Assembly (NCBI RefSeq): GCF_001194135.2
Contig: NC_068981.1
Span: 90,521,744-90,585,743 of the forward strand
Origin: Octopus bimaculoides
Lineage: Eukaryota
Direction: 5' to 3'
Length of the DNA: 64,000 bases
Notes under the pieces: model-generated
What the model was told of the DNA's origin: nothing
The model's database searches: none
Seen by the model: the letters and a program-made list of their open reading frames with translations, nothing else
In this document: positions 13,238 through 25,386 of the stretch, piece by piece
Position numbering within the stretch: position 1 is the stretch's first letter
Layout: each line of letters begins with the position of its first letter
Made by a program: the position numbers and the translations under genes

Positions 13238-13440
13238 CCCTTTAGCATTTAAACTGCCCATATCAGACTGAAATATCCTACCTGTTTTATGTTCAAACTA
13301 GCCATATCTGACCCCTCACATGTAAAAATAAACATTCACGTCATAGAAATCTCAAAGCTACAAGTTAATGCATGATTAAGTTCAAAACAAAGTGAATGAA
13401 TAAGTATTACATTTGGTAGAGTAATCTGAATACTAAAGGG
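13238..13440. mobile_element. piggyBac-type MITE family 1 (TTAA|CCC...GGG|TTAA)
   Basis: TIR ccctttagcatt/aatgctaaaggg with TTAA flanks. Other copies: 2032-2252, 4588-4801, 6060-6266, 20821-21046, 26410-26630, 60328-60549, and a partial copy at ~45700-45885. Confidence 0.85.
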
Positions 13441-13552
13441 TTAAGTGACATAACTAAATGCTACTTTAGTAGTTATTTAATTTATGCACATTTATTGCTA
13501 TTATGATGACACCCTTCCTTCAGATTTGAATGAGATCCTCTTTTATTTTTTA

Positions 13553-13753
13553 TTTTTTACTTGTTTCAGTCATTTGACTGCAGCCATGCTGGAGCACCGC
13601 CTTTAGTCGAGAAAATCGACCCCAGGACTTATTCTTTGTAAGCCTAGTACTTATTCTATTGGTCTCTTTTTGCTGAACCGCTAAGTTACGGGGACGTAAA
13701 CACACCAACATCGGTTGTCAAGCGATGGTGGGGGGACAAACACAGACACACAA

Positions 13754-13792
<39 letters not shown>

Positions 13793-13965
13793 TATAAATA
13801 TACGATGGGCTTCTTTCAGTTTCCATCTACCAAATCCACTCACAAAGCTTTGGTTGGCCCGAGGCTATAGCAGAAGACACTTGCCCAAGGTGCCACGCAG
13901 TGGGACTGAACCCGGAACCATGTGGTTGGTAAGCAAGCTACTTACCACACAGCCACTCCTGCGCT
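13553..13965 (-). mobile_element. ~400-bp tRNA-headed SINE with internal microsatellite
   Basis: Head gcaggagtggctgtgtggtaag...ggttcagtccc, central (TA/CA)n and tail cagtcaaatgactgaaacaagtaaaa. Other copies lie at ~27262-27650, 41480-41800, 51580-51960, 53161-53555 and 54915-55080. Confidence 0.85.
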
Positions 13966-14198
13966 TATGTAAAAGTCTGCCATCCTATCAATGTTATAAC
14001 TATACATTGACACTAAAAAAAAACTTAATTCTAGATCTGTTCAAATTTACACAACGAAGCCTTTTGGCCTAAGTAAATTTTGTTTTATTTTATAACAATC
14101 CATTAAACCATTCTGCTGTAGTGAAGAGCAAAAAGTGAAACACACTTCAGGGAAATTAAGGGAGATAAAAATGAGTACAAAAAAAAAAACACACTCAC

Positions 14199-14352
14199 CT
14201 TGCACAGCCTTTTGGTGGTTCTCTCAGCATAAATTCTAAATGTAGGGACAACAAAGATGGAAGCATTGGTATAAATGCATTTAAATCTTCAAGCCGTATT
14301 GCATGGCATCTTCTGAGATGTAAATTTTTCAAGTTTGACCAGCAATTGGTAT
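14199..14352 (-). CDS. FBXO38: FBXO38 coding exon 6 (154 nt)
   Basis: TNCWSNLKNLHLRRCHAIRL...MLREPPKGCAR contains conserved REPPKGCAR. Boundaries tcag| and ag|gtgagt. Confidence 0.95.
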
Positions 14353-14549
14353 CTGATAAATGTAAAAGGGGGGGAAAAAAAATTGCATTTTTACACAAAT
14401 TCAGAAGACATCAACTAATATACACAAAAGTATATCTAATTAAAAGCTATCTATAATAAAGTTTATGGGAAGCACTTGAGTTTTTATAATCAATAATCAT
14501 CTTCATATGTTATGCCAACTGGTATGGATTATCATGGACTTCCATGCCC

Positions 14550-14850
14550 TTCTGTCTCACACTCAATTTAGTATATTATTGGGTTGGTCCTCTTTGAAAC
14601 CAGATGGTAAAACCATTAATTACCAGTCATAAAGTTATTTCTTTCTTTGTCTTCTCTGATTTCTTCTTCCTTTCAGTTTCTTGGTTGTCACCAAGTCCTC
14701 AAGGTTTTTCTTTCTTTTCATATGATGTCCAGTGAACTGAGCTTGTTGTTTCTGTATGTTGTCGTGAAGCTTTCTGGTGGTCTTTGCTCATTTGCATAGA
14801 ACACTTTTAGGTTTTTATTTAAGAGGCACATCTGTGCAGTATTGATGAGC
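14550..14850 (-). mobile_element. RTE/BovB-like LINE C-terminal fossil
   Basis: Broken frames give QKQQAQFTGHHMKR and NLEDLVTTKKLKGRRNQRRQRKK. Confidence 0.5.
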
Positions 14851-16005
14851 TTTTGTACTTAGTTTGATAATTCAGGTTACACAACCATATGTTAGGATGG
14901 GTTCTATATATACTAAGACGCATAAATATTCAGACTTTATATAATACAGGTAACCAATGACAGAAAATCAGCTGAACATTGCTTTGCACTATTAATAAGT
15001 ACACATATGAATGTGTCGAGCAACTATGAATATTAAGACAATTCAATTCATATGCTTCAATTGTTGTTTTTGATATTTGTTATTCAACTGTAGTAAGATT
15101 TGAAACCGAATCGACGAACTGCCAAGTTAAAATCAAGGCTTAGTAACAGCCTTTCATGTGATCAGTTCTGAGTTATAAACCAGCCAGCACTCAGACATCA
15201 TGTGATGCATCTTTCTAGAGGCCTATAAACAGGCATGTTTTTAGCACAAACTTTGCAGTGTGTCAAGGACAGCTGGGCGATAATGCACCTCCACTCTTAT
15301 CAGGTATATCTGCGCAGAGACCAGCCAATTCACTTTCACACATCTCACTTCTTCAGTTTGTGGTCAGTCACAGCTAAGCTAGTCACACTGCTTTTGCTGC
15401 TTTTAACAGTCATTATCATGGCTCTTACTCAACCCAGACATGCCGTAATGGTTCAATGACATGAATCCAGCATGGTGTATTTTCTCCTGTCTTGGCAGCA
15501 TAACTACAGAGCCTTGTTCATCAACTATTTGTAAGAGCTAAATAATATTCCTTCCAGCGTGTAAACTTTGTTGTTGCAATTTCTAATTCATGATCAACAT
15601 GAAAATTATTTGTGCAGTGAAATAAAGTTCTGCTAATCATTCACAGATGTATATTCATTATACACAGCCTGAATCCAACACAACTACATCATCTCACATC
15701 TTTCATCATTTGTCTCTCGTGACAACCATCTATTATGCCACATGACACAACTTTGAATCTTTTCCACCTCCTTTCATAATATTTGCGTAACATGACAATA
15801 AAGCTAAATTTCACTGAAGATCTTAGATTACATATAAAAACATTGAAAAGAGTTATAAAGTGAAAATGAAATTGTGTTGATGTTCATAGTCTTTTAAAGG
15901 ACATTGGTCATTTAAATGAAATGAACCTGCAAATCTGAAAAGCAGCCAACTATTTTAGAACACAAGAGTCTGACATGGACCCAAGTCTGTACAGTATCAT
16001 ATTAA

Positions 16006-16296
16006 CCCATTACCTCCCATAATTCTATTAACTGGAATTTTTTTTATGAAACTTTGATTTCTAGCATAAAACAGCCTTAGAAACACGCTGGAATGATCAA
16101 AATAACATTTCAAAATAATATTTTAAATAGAAATAAGCGAGATTTTGGGTGAAAAATTAGCAAACCTCATTTAAATATCAGAGAAATATACCTAGCAGAT
16201 ATAGCAAAAAGGTTAGATATGTGTAAATATTGACAGATAATTATGAAATTTGTAATTTTTAAGTGATCTCATATGAGATCACTGGTAGGTAATGGG
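16006..16296. mobile_element. piggyBac-type MITE family 3
   Basis: ttaa-cccattacct...aggtaatggg-ttaa. It contains a perfect 22-bp palindrome agtgatctcatatgagatcact (16262-16283). Confidence 0.75.
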
Positions 16297-16762
16297 TTAA
16301 GGTGAGCTTTATGATAACTCAGAACACTGATTTCAAATAAGCTTATCTCACATTATACCCGAATGCTAATGTCAGATTCATTGTGCTTTAAAATATCTTT
16401 GAAACTGAATGTGAAAAAATTGTGACATTAGAATAATATGAAATCTTTTTTGTTAAATTATGAGAAATAAAAATCAGTGAATAAAAAAAGAAATTCAATT
16501 TTAATTCTACATTATTGTTGAACTGAAAAACAAAATGATTCACTAAATTAAATTCTAAGATAATTTTAGTTGGTTTCAAAACAATTATAATTTTTGTAAA
16601 GATAGATAAGATGATTTTGTAAGGTTAAAAGCCTTTTCTACTCAACTTCACTCAGTAGCCATAGGGTTCAATAAATTCAAAATATATTCTAATTAATAAC
16701 CTAACACTTTTAAACTCGCAGCCACTGTACCTCTTAACTAAATTAAAAAAATATATTATCAC

Positions 16763-16936
16763 CTGGATGAAACCAAGAAGTTGGGTAATGAAGATGAGGA
16801 CAATTATAGATTTCCATATGGCTAACAGATGGAAAACAACGTCCCACTGCCTTCATCCCAATATCTGTGATCATAGCTGGATTTTCTTGTACTTCAACCA
16901 GACCTTCTGTTAGAAGTTCTTCAGCAGTCCATTTAC
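16763..16936 (-). CDS. FBXO38: FBXO38 coding exon 5 (174 nt)
   Basis: KWTAEELL...ENPAMITDIGMKAVGRCF...IYNCPHLHYP contains conserved ITDIGMKAV and IYNCPHLH. Phase 1 to 1. Confidence 0.95.
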
Positions 16937-17091
16937 CTAAAAATAATAAGTAAATATAGTTTATGTCTAAAATTAAAATTACAAAGAAATAGAAATGGAG
17001 GCATTCTAAAGAGTATACATATATCATATTTTTTCTGTTATTTCTATTTCTAGCTTGGTAGAATGATTGAATAACAGTACTGTTGGCTTAC

Positions 17092-17222
17092 CTGGTTCAG
17101 GGAAAGAGTCTACAAAACCTAAAGTTAAAGACTTGAAATTTGGGAATGTAACTTCAGCCATAGTGAGGGCAGAGAAGAGGTTGTCCTTTGTTAGAGATGG
17201 CTGCACACAGAGATCGGTTAGT
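17092..17222 (-). CDS. FBXO38: FBXO38 coding exon 4 (131 nt)
   Basis: [43 protein letters not shown] contains the conserved QPSLTKD motif. Boundaries ctag| and |gtaag. Confidence 0.95.
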
Positions 17223-18658
17223 CTAGAAAGAAGGAGAAAAAGTTATCAAAACATTGAAGAAAATATGTAGGGAAAAAAATGTAAGAAATAAAATATCTTA
17301 ACAGTTCATTACATAATTAATAATGACGTCACCACTTTGTGATCTCGTCCTTAAAGTTCAATGAATCAATTCCAATAGTTGTTGCTTTTTAGCTCTCCAT
17401 GTCAGCCCTAGCTGAGCAGGCCTATGATAAAAAGCTATCCTTTAACAACTATCCAATTTTATCTAGGATTATATTATAGAAGGTGTCCTGCTCTTAAGAT
17501 GTAGGGTGTGACTTGAAGATTTGGCTGCTACTTCTAGCAGGTCAAGTTATTATGCAATGTCTCCCTCATTGGCTCATCAGTCTCAGTGGTAGAGGACATA
17601 GATGTGACTACTGAGCACAAGGGCTGGTTTCATAAGAGTCCGAAACAAATGATCATCTGTGCCTAAGTAAACAACAGCTTTCATTTCTTTCAAATTTCTG
17701 AAAGTCAACCTGAATCATATTCACCAGTGTGTTCTTTATGACAGAACATGATTTGCAGAGCTTTAGCTACTATTTATAGTAGGTTGAGTGAAACATAGAG
17801 CCAGTCTTTCTATCATCAGTAGATATAACATTTCAAAAGTCCATCTTATAGCTGTTTCAATGAGTATCTGAGATGGATTACAAGATGTTATATATCTTTA
17901 TGTAACACTAGTAATTTCATTTGTACAGGAGGTTAAAATACTAAACTACTGACTACATGGTTAAGAGTTCAAACCTTACCATCAAGAATCATTAAATTAA
18001 GCTAATGAGTAAGGTACATAACTTAGAATGTTATGTCTGATAAAAAGAAATTTTAATTCTACTTCACTTTTGGCTAACAAAAAGAAAGCACCTAGTTGTA
18101 AAACATATTTCCCCAACATTTAAAAATAACCCATCTCATTAAGCATTCACATAAAACAACATTAATTAGTTCTATTACAGTAAACCTATGGCATGGAGGC
18201 TAAAGTAGCAAGGATTCAACGAGCCATATGATTAGCATTCTTACTGAGGCCATTTCATTTTTGTTGCTGAAGATATTGTCCTTAGACTAGAATTACATAA
18301 TTCATTAAAGAATCTCTGTCTTTAATGTGGTCTATGTACACTAAAGAAAATAAGGTTATTGAGGAAGATTTAGCTGTTATATTTTGAGTGCCAGAGTGCC
18401 TATGTAGATGTTCCACTATCAACTTACAACAAGTTGATCAAATGTGGATGGAAGTTTCTAGGGCTGCTCTAGTGTCACTCAGAGAATCGGGGCTGCTAAA
18501 CACAACAGCTAGAAAAATTAATAGTTTATGGCATACAAAATCAGGTAAACCTGTACACAATCTCAAGAGGAAAAAAGTAGTCAGTTCATTTAACCAATAA
18601 GTTAATAGAAAATTAAGAAAAGTGAATAAAAAACAGTAAAGAAAGAAAGGTTTCGTAC

Positions 18659-18794
18659 TTTGCTTCACAGGTAATAATTAGAAAACCAAGATCCACTTCC
18701 AAAGCATGTTTACAGGCACCAAATGTAATAGCCTGCAGGTTTCGAAAGCCCTGTACACGCCAACTGTCATCCACAATGTGTTGAATTAGTCCAC
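18659..18794 (-). CDS. FBXO38: FBXO38 coding exon 3 (136 nt)
   Basis: [44 protein letters not shown] vs recalled human [43 protein letters not shown]. AG/GT ends, phase 1 to 2. Confidence 0.95.
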
Positions 18795-19099
18795 CTAGGA
18801 TAAAAATTACATAAAAATGTATTAAGATGATATATTTATAAAAGTACAGGTGAGAAGAATATCAAAATTCTCTAACAAATTCAATTTTAGTCCTTTACTA
18901 AATAATTACCAGTTATTGGTGTTGCAGACAAAACTTCTTGAATGGTATTCAAATCTTTTCAAATGATATTCCTGTGCTATATACATACACACATAAATAC
19001 ATACATACATGTATACACACACCCACACAAATATACACAAACACATATATACACACACACATATATATACACATACACATCTACACACATATACACTTT

Positions 19100-19640
19100 A
19101 CACACACAATGAGGCAGAAGAGGAAACAGATGCAGTGTGCAAGAGAGATGACTGCACTGGTTTGGCTTGTGATGTGGATGGATGCCAACAGCTCCATAAA
19201 GAAGTGCCAATCTCTCAAAGTAGATGGAACATGTGGAAGTGGGAGACCCAGGAAGGCATTGGACAAAGTGCTGAAAGGGAGCACAGGATGCTGAACTTTT
19301 CAGACAAAATGACAAAGAACCAAGATGCCTAGCATCTTGCTGTACTCAAGAAGACCCCCCCCCCCATACACCACAGCAGAAGTGCTAAGGCCACTTCCTC
19401 TGGTGAAGAGGATTGGCCTGCAAGAGTCCTGTGCCAGTGCTACGTAAACGTGCTTGTGCGGTGCCACATAAAAGCACCCAACACACTCTGTAAAGTGGTT
19501 GGCATGAGGAAGGGCATCCAGCTGTAGAAACCAGGCCAAGTCAGACTGGAGCCTGGTGCAGCACTCTAGCTTGCCAGCTCTAGTCAAACTGTCTAGCCTA
19601 TGCCAGCATGGACAACAGATGCTTAATGATGATGATGATG
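19100..19640 (+). mobile_element. Older RTE LINE 3' fragment
   Basis: KKCQSLKVDGTCGSGRPRKALDKVLK, a diverged 3' UTR and a (GAT)n tail. Confidence 0.75.
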
Positions 19641-19644
19641 ACAA

Positions 19645-19686
19645 ATATACACATACATATATACACACATGCATATATGCCCATAT

Positions 19687-19775
<89 letters not shown>

Positions 19776-19840
19776 CATATACATACATATCCATATATAT
19801 ATACATACATACATATACATACGTACACACATATATATAG
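19645..19840. repeat. Long (TA)n / (TACA)n microsatellite
   Basis: Seen directly. Others include (GA)n at ~10020-10330, (GACA)n at ~55080-55195 and (AGGY)n at ~58930-59010. Confidence 0.95.
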
Positions 19841-20086
19841 AAGGAGACAGCCTCAGAGAAATGCAAATTTTGATAGAAAGGATTGGGAAAATTGAGTTCT
19901 GGTATGTGAAATATGGAGGTGATGAAAGAAAGACAGATAGATATATCGAATATGTTTGGATGACAAACAGAATCCAGCTGACAAGATCAGAGGAGCAGAG
20001 GCATCTGTCTAGTGACTGCCAGCAACACACACTTCCATTATTCGCAGAGAAAAAAATTTTGAAAAACATGAAAGAAAAATACTCAC

Positions 20087-20726
20087 CTAGAAATGGCACC
20101 CTGAGTAGCTCCAAACGTTGAAGTGACTTTGCCATAGCCAAAGATGTGATCAGCGGGACATGCCTTAGAGGGTTGATAGGTCCGGCACAATGGGCCATAA
20201 CAAAAGTCCGCAGGGAGGGAGCAGCAAAGTCACGAAATGGCTGGTGTTGAGTGAGCCGTACAAATCGTAGATACAGGTGCTTCAAAGTTTGCATACGAGG
20301 TAATTCAGGTATGACAACCCCAGTGAGGTGCAAGGATGTAATCAAAGGATTTGAAAGAAGGGACAGTTTGTTGTTGCAGAAGATTGGGAAGAAACAGTCA
20401 CGGTTCTTAAATGTGCCCAAAATTTCAAGCTTGGGGAGGTATTTCAAAATAGCTTCCAACAAGAAAATATCTGAAATTTCGATCCCTTTCAGTTTCGGAG
20501 CTGATGACATGGCATGAACGACACCAGGTATACTTAACATATTAACTCCTCGCTGTCTCCGCTGGCCGATGTAATGAGGGTGGAAGCCATAGATGTATTC
20601 CAGTTCTGTACACCGTCCGATTAAGTGAGCAAGAGTTGAGTCATGTATTTTATCTGACATCCAGCCATATATACTACCTTCTGTGAAGTCAACCACTCGT
20701 CGCAGGCGGAGATGAAGATCAACGGC
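20087..20726 (-). CDS. FBXO38: FBXO38 coding exon 2 (640 nt)
   Basis: [14 protein letters not shown]...YGFHPHY...SIPGV...QPFRDF...[21 protein letters not shown]...LRVPFLG matches recalled human FBXO38 ([34 protein letters not shown]). Boundaries ctag| and |gtgagt. Confidence 0.95.
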
Positions 20727-21968
20727 CTAGAAAAGAAAAATGTTTAAAACAAGAAAAAAAAAAAAAAAATCAACTGAAGCATAAAAGGATTTTGTATCAC
20801 GCCACTCCCCACTGACTTAACCCTTTAGCATTTCGATTATTCTGTCAAATGTAATGTTTATTCATTCACATTGCCTTGAATTGATCATGTATTATCTTGT
20901 AGAGTTGAGATTTTGACGCTACATTTGTTTACTTTTAGAATAAGAACAACATTGCAGGGTAGTTGTGAGAGGCCTGATCTGGTCAGTTTGAACACAAAAC
21001 AGGTAGAATATTTGGGTCCGCTATGGCAGGTTTGAATATCAAAGTGTTAATAACTATCATTTCTAATATAGGCACAAGGCCAGAAATATGGGAGGAGAGA
21101 AAAATCACAGTTTGATGATCACTTATTCTGATGACTGCTAGCTTTTCAGTAATTATCTTTCATATAATTTGGTTTCTGTAGTTTATCACCACTTATAACT
21201 AAATATTGACTGTTGTAAACCTGAAAGACCATAGCTTTTGTGGATAAACACTTGGCATAGGGAAGGTTACTGACCTGGTAGTTTACATTTAATGACCCTG
21301 AAAGGATGAAAAGCAAAGTTGACCTTGGCAGGATTTGAACTCACAATGTAAAGAGCTAGAACAAATTACACTTTGTCTAATGCTCTAATAATTCTGCCAG
21401 TCCCACATCCTCTCTCCCAACTAACAAAGGCAGAAAGATACAATTAGATTATCTTCAGTACTTAACCAGTAGGGTACCGACACAGAAAGACAAATGTCAA
21501 CCTTGGCAGGAATTGAATAAAGGGATGTAACTAAATTCCACAAAACTGTTTTTTCTGCTTCTTTGCTAATCCAATGCTCTTTTCTTGTTGCGGATGCTGC
21601 TACTGATGATGATGAAGTATAAATAAACTATATCAATGACATTTTTAACTAAATGCTCTCAAAAGATTATTTACCTTATTACTATTTTGCCTTTTATAAT
21701 AAAGATCTCTATCCTTCTATATTTGAAATAAACCCTGGTGTTACCGAGAGGTTTCATTGCATGTTAGTTTTCAAGACACAAAACAGTATTTACAAGATTA
21801 TTACTCTTTTTGGATAGCAGTCTATTGGAGATTTTGATACGTTTTCAGTACAAAAATTAAGAAATATAGGCGCAGGAGTGGCTGTGTGGTAAGTAGCTTG
21901 CTTACCAACCACATGGTTCCAGGTTCAGTCATCAATGACTTTTGGGACACCCTGTGTGTGCGTGTGTT

Positions 21969-22007
<39 letters not shown>

Positions 22008-22015
<8 letters not shown>

Positions 22016-23165
22016 TCAGGTAGATGGCCCTGCTCAGTATGTAGAAAAGGAGTAGGTAGTAACTCTATAAGATGTACCCGGTGCAAGCTATGGACACATA
22101 AGAGGTGCAGCAACATCAAAGGCAGGTTAACTAGCAAGTTAGTTTTTGTTTGTGGCAGATGTTCAGGTGCAATAAAGACTGCAAACAAACAGGAAACAAC
22201 TTCTATCTCATTCCAGGGTGAANNNNNNNNNNNNNNNNNNNNNNNNNNNNNNNNNNNNNNNNNNNNNNNNNNNNNNNNNNNNNNNNNNNNNNNNNNNNNN
22301 NNNNNNNNNNNNNNNNNNNNNNNNNNNNNNNNNNNNNNNNNNNNNNNNNNNNNNNNNNNNNNNNNNNNNNNNNNNNNNNNNNNNNNNNNNNNNNNNNNNN
22401 NNNNNNNNNNNNNNNNNNNNNNNNNNNNNNNNNNNNNNNNNNNNNNNNNNNNNNNNNNNNNNNNNNNNNNNNNNNNNNNNNNNNNNNNNNNNNNNNNNNN
22501 NNNNNNNNNNNNNNNNNNNNNNNNNNNNNNNNNNNNNNNNNNNNNNNNNNNNNNNNNNNNNNNNNNNNNNNNNNNNNNNNNNNNNNNNNNNNNNNNNNNN
22601 NNNNNNNNNNNNNNNNNNNNNNNNNNNNNNNNNNNNNNNNNNNNNNNNNNNNNNNNNNNNNNNNNNNNNNNNNNNNNNNNNNNNNNNNNNNNNNNNNNNN
22701 NNNNNNNNNNNNNNNNNNNNNNNNNNNNNNNNNNNNNNNNNNNNNNNNNNNNNNNNNNNNNNNNNNNNNNNNNNNNNNNNNNNNNNNNNNNNNNNNNNNN
22801 NNNNNNNNNNNNNNNNNNNNNNNNNNNNNNNNNNNNNNNNNNNNNNNNNNNNNNNNNNNNNNNNNNNNNNNNNNNNNNNNNNNNNNNNNNNNNNNNNNNN
22901 NNNNNNNNNNNNNNNNNNNNNNNNNNNNNNNNNNNNNNNNNNNNNNNNNNNNNNNNNNNNNNNNAGCGTGGCCGTTTTCGTGCGGGTGACACGTAAAAGC
23001 ACCCACTACACTCTCTGAGTGGTTGGCGTTAGGAAGGGCATCCAGCTGTAGAAACTCTGCCAAATCAGACTGGAGCCTGGTGTTGCCATCCGGTTTCACC
23101 AGTCCTCAGTCAAATCGTCCAACCCATGCTAGCATGGAAAGCGGACGTTAAACGATGATGATGAT
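22008..23165 (+). mobile_element. Young 5'-truncated RTE LINE in FBXO38 intron (contains gap)
   Basis: 22008-22222 is identical to 56071-56285, and 22965-23165 is identical to 57126-57326. It has a (GAT)n tail and a (TA)n left flank. Confidence 0.9.
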
Positions 23166-23644
23166 AAATACATATACAAATATATACCTACACACACATA
23201 GATGCCTTTCTCTTGACACACTGTTCCTACCCCCCCCCCCCCCNNNNNNNNNNNNNNNNNNNNNNNNNNCCCCCTCCTGTATTTCCTCCTCTCTGAACTT
23301 TCTTCTACATAGGCAATGAAGGACTCTGCCTGAAACATCTTTATTTATAAACTTTCCATCTAAAACTTTCTTCAAGTGTCAAACTAATAATATTCATTGA
23401 GAACATGCCTTTCACTTCTGTTGTTTTTTTTGTTTTTTAATTCATTTTTGCGATCAATTTGCCTATATAAATACACACACACACAGTTTGTCTAATTTAT
23501 GTAAACAAGGAAAAAAGGGACATAAAAGGTATCAACAAACAAATAACACACACATTTCAGACACTATATGTTACATATATGTACACGTTTATACATGCAT
23601 ACACACAAACGTGTATGTGTTCAAGGCATTTGGTTTTCCTTTAC

Positions 23645-23926
23645 CTGTTTGATTTTCTTGCTAAGGCATTCCATTTTAAGAACATCACGGAGTGGTAAAT
23701 AATCCAAAATACGGCAGATAATCTCCAAAGATAATTCTGCAAGGTAGTCATCAGGTAAGGGCAGCTGCATTTCATACAAGCTCCGAGATTTGGCTAACAG
23801 CTGTAAACGTGCACTGCGACGGCGTTGGGGACATTCTGGCATTGGCTGGTCTTCGGCCAGTCCTTGACTGGGAGGTGGGGAAGTAGTAATATCGTCATCA
23901 ATCTTTAATTTTTTGCATGGAGCCAT
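23645..23926 (-). CDS. FBXO38: FBXO38 coding exon 1 (start codon, F-box)
   Basis: MAPCKK...DYLAELSLEIICRILDYLPLRDVLKMECLSKKIKQ is an F-box motif. Acceptor cattag|g at 23958, ATG at 23926, donor cag|gtaa, phase 0. An in-frame TAG closes the frame upstream. Confidence 0.9.
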
Positions 23927-24697
23927 TTTCACATTAACACACTTTCTTTCCAGCTAGCCTAATGTGAAATTGAACATAAAAGAAAAAAAATTATTTAAAA
24001 TTTTTATAAATTGAATACATACACAATTAACATTTCATACTGTGAATAAAATTAATCATTAATAATTAAATAAATTATATTTGACATGAAGGTGCAAGAA
24101 ACTTTTCCTAATCCCATTAAATAATTAACTCTGTGGTCAAACCGTCCAACCCATGCTAGCATGGAAAGCGGACGTTAAACGATGGTGATGATGATTTATT
24201 ATTTTATTAAACTGTGAGGGTGCATGAGCTAGTGAGATTGTGGTTTTGATTCTTGGAATGAGTGGTGCATTGTGTTCTTGAGTAAAACACTTCATCCCTG
24301 CAATCTCTTTAAAATTTTATGTGTGGCATACCATGCACCTGTACAGGTAATCTCACTTTGATGTAGGGAGTGGGTTAATATGTTGTACAAACATTTGATC
24401 TTTATAAACAAATCATCTGTGCAGGTTGTCAACAAGAAATTGCAAAACCTTTATCTGTTGTCTACACCGAGAGTCCATAATAGCACAGGAGAAGAAAAAT
24501 GAGAAAATATAAAATAATAATACTAGTAATTTCTAGCATAAACATAAGGTCACATATTTTAGGCATGGGGATTAGTCACTACTTCAGTATTTGATTACAA
24601 CAGAACTTGAACTCAGAACAAATACTGCAAAGTATTTTGTCTGACAAACGGCAATTTGGGGAAGGTGTTAGTTGATATATATATATATATACATACA

Positions 24698-25386
24698 TAC
24701 TACTAATATAAGGATAAAATTTTATTAAAAAATTTTATCAGTGGCCAACATATGAAAAATACCTTTCAAGGTAAAAATTAGAAATACAATTATAAATAAG
24801 AGAGAAAGAAAAATTTTCTTTGCCAATATGCTGAAAAATAGACTTTAGATCATCTAACCATATAAAATATTCACTTATATTATTACACCACGTGTCAAAA
24901 CGAGGAAAGCAAGCTAACAGAAATTCATAAAAATATAGTTATCTCCGAATTGGTTCTGATCTCTGGATTAATCTAAAAAGGATTCTTCCTTCATCAGCGA
25001 GGAACACAAAATGGAAATAAATGAAATACTTAGACATACCCATGGAAAAGCAGATGCAAAGTCATGAATACATTTAAGTACCCCAAATATATCCAAATAG
25101 AAATTCCATAGCAAACCTCGAAACAAGTGTAGTTGGTCAGGAAACACACACAAGTGGTTAACCAGTCCCGAAGTGAATGAGAATTAATTTACTACTAATA
25201 TAAGGATTAAATTTTATTAAAACATTTTGCCAGTGACCAGCATATGATAAATACCTTTTAAGGTGAAAATTATAAATACAATTATAAATAAAGGCAAAAG
25301 CAAAATTTTCTTTGCCAATATGCTGAAAAATAGACATTAAATCCTCTAACCACATAAAATATTCACTTAAATTATTACACCATGTG
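24698..25386 (+). repeat. Two ~195-bp diverged direct repeats
   Basis: 24698-24895 and 25190-25386 both start tactactaatataagg and share ttttctttgccaatatgctgaaaaatagac. Confidence 0.8.

Noticed and set aside
15100-15800. GC-richer unique-looking block in an FBXO38 intron (also 46860-47270)
   Set aside because: These are probably very old TE fossils, but I could not recover a diagnostic motif, so they are left unassigned.
18906-20121. YIYIYI/THTH-type ORFs (also 582-888 and 9895-10349)
   Set aside because: They are translations of (TA)n, (CA)n and (GA)n microsatellites.
24890-25010. CTGATGA on the minus strand near direct repeats, checked as a Penelope hammerhead ribozyme
   Set aside because: There is no GAAA after the putative stem II on the same strand, so the catalytic core cannot be completed.
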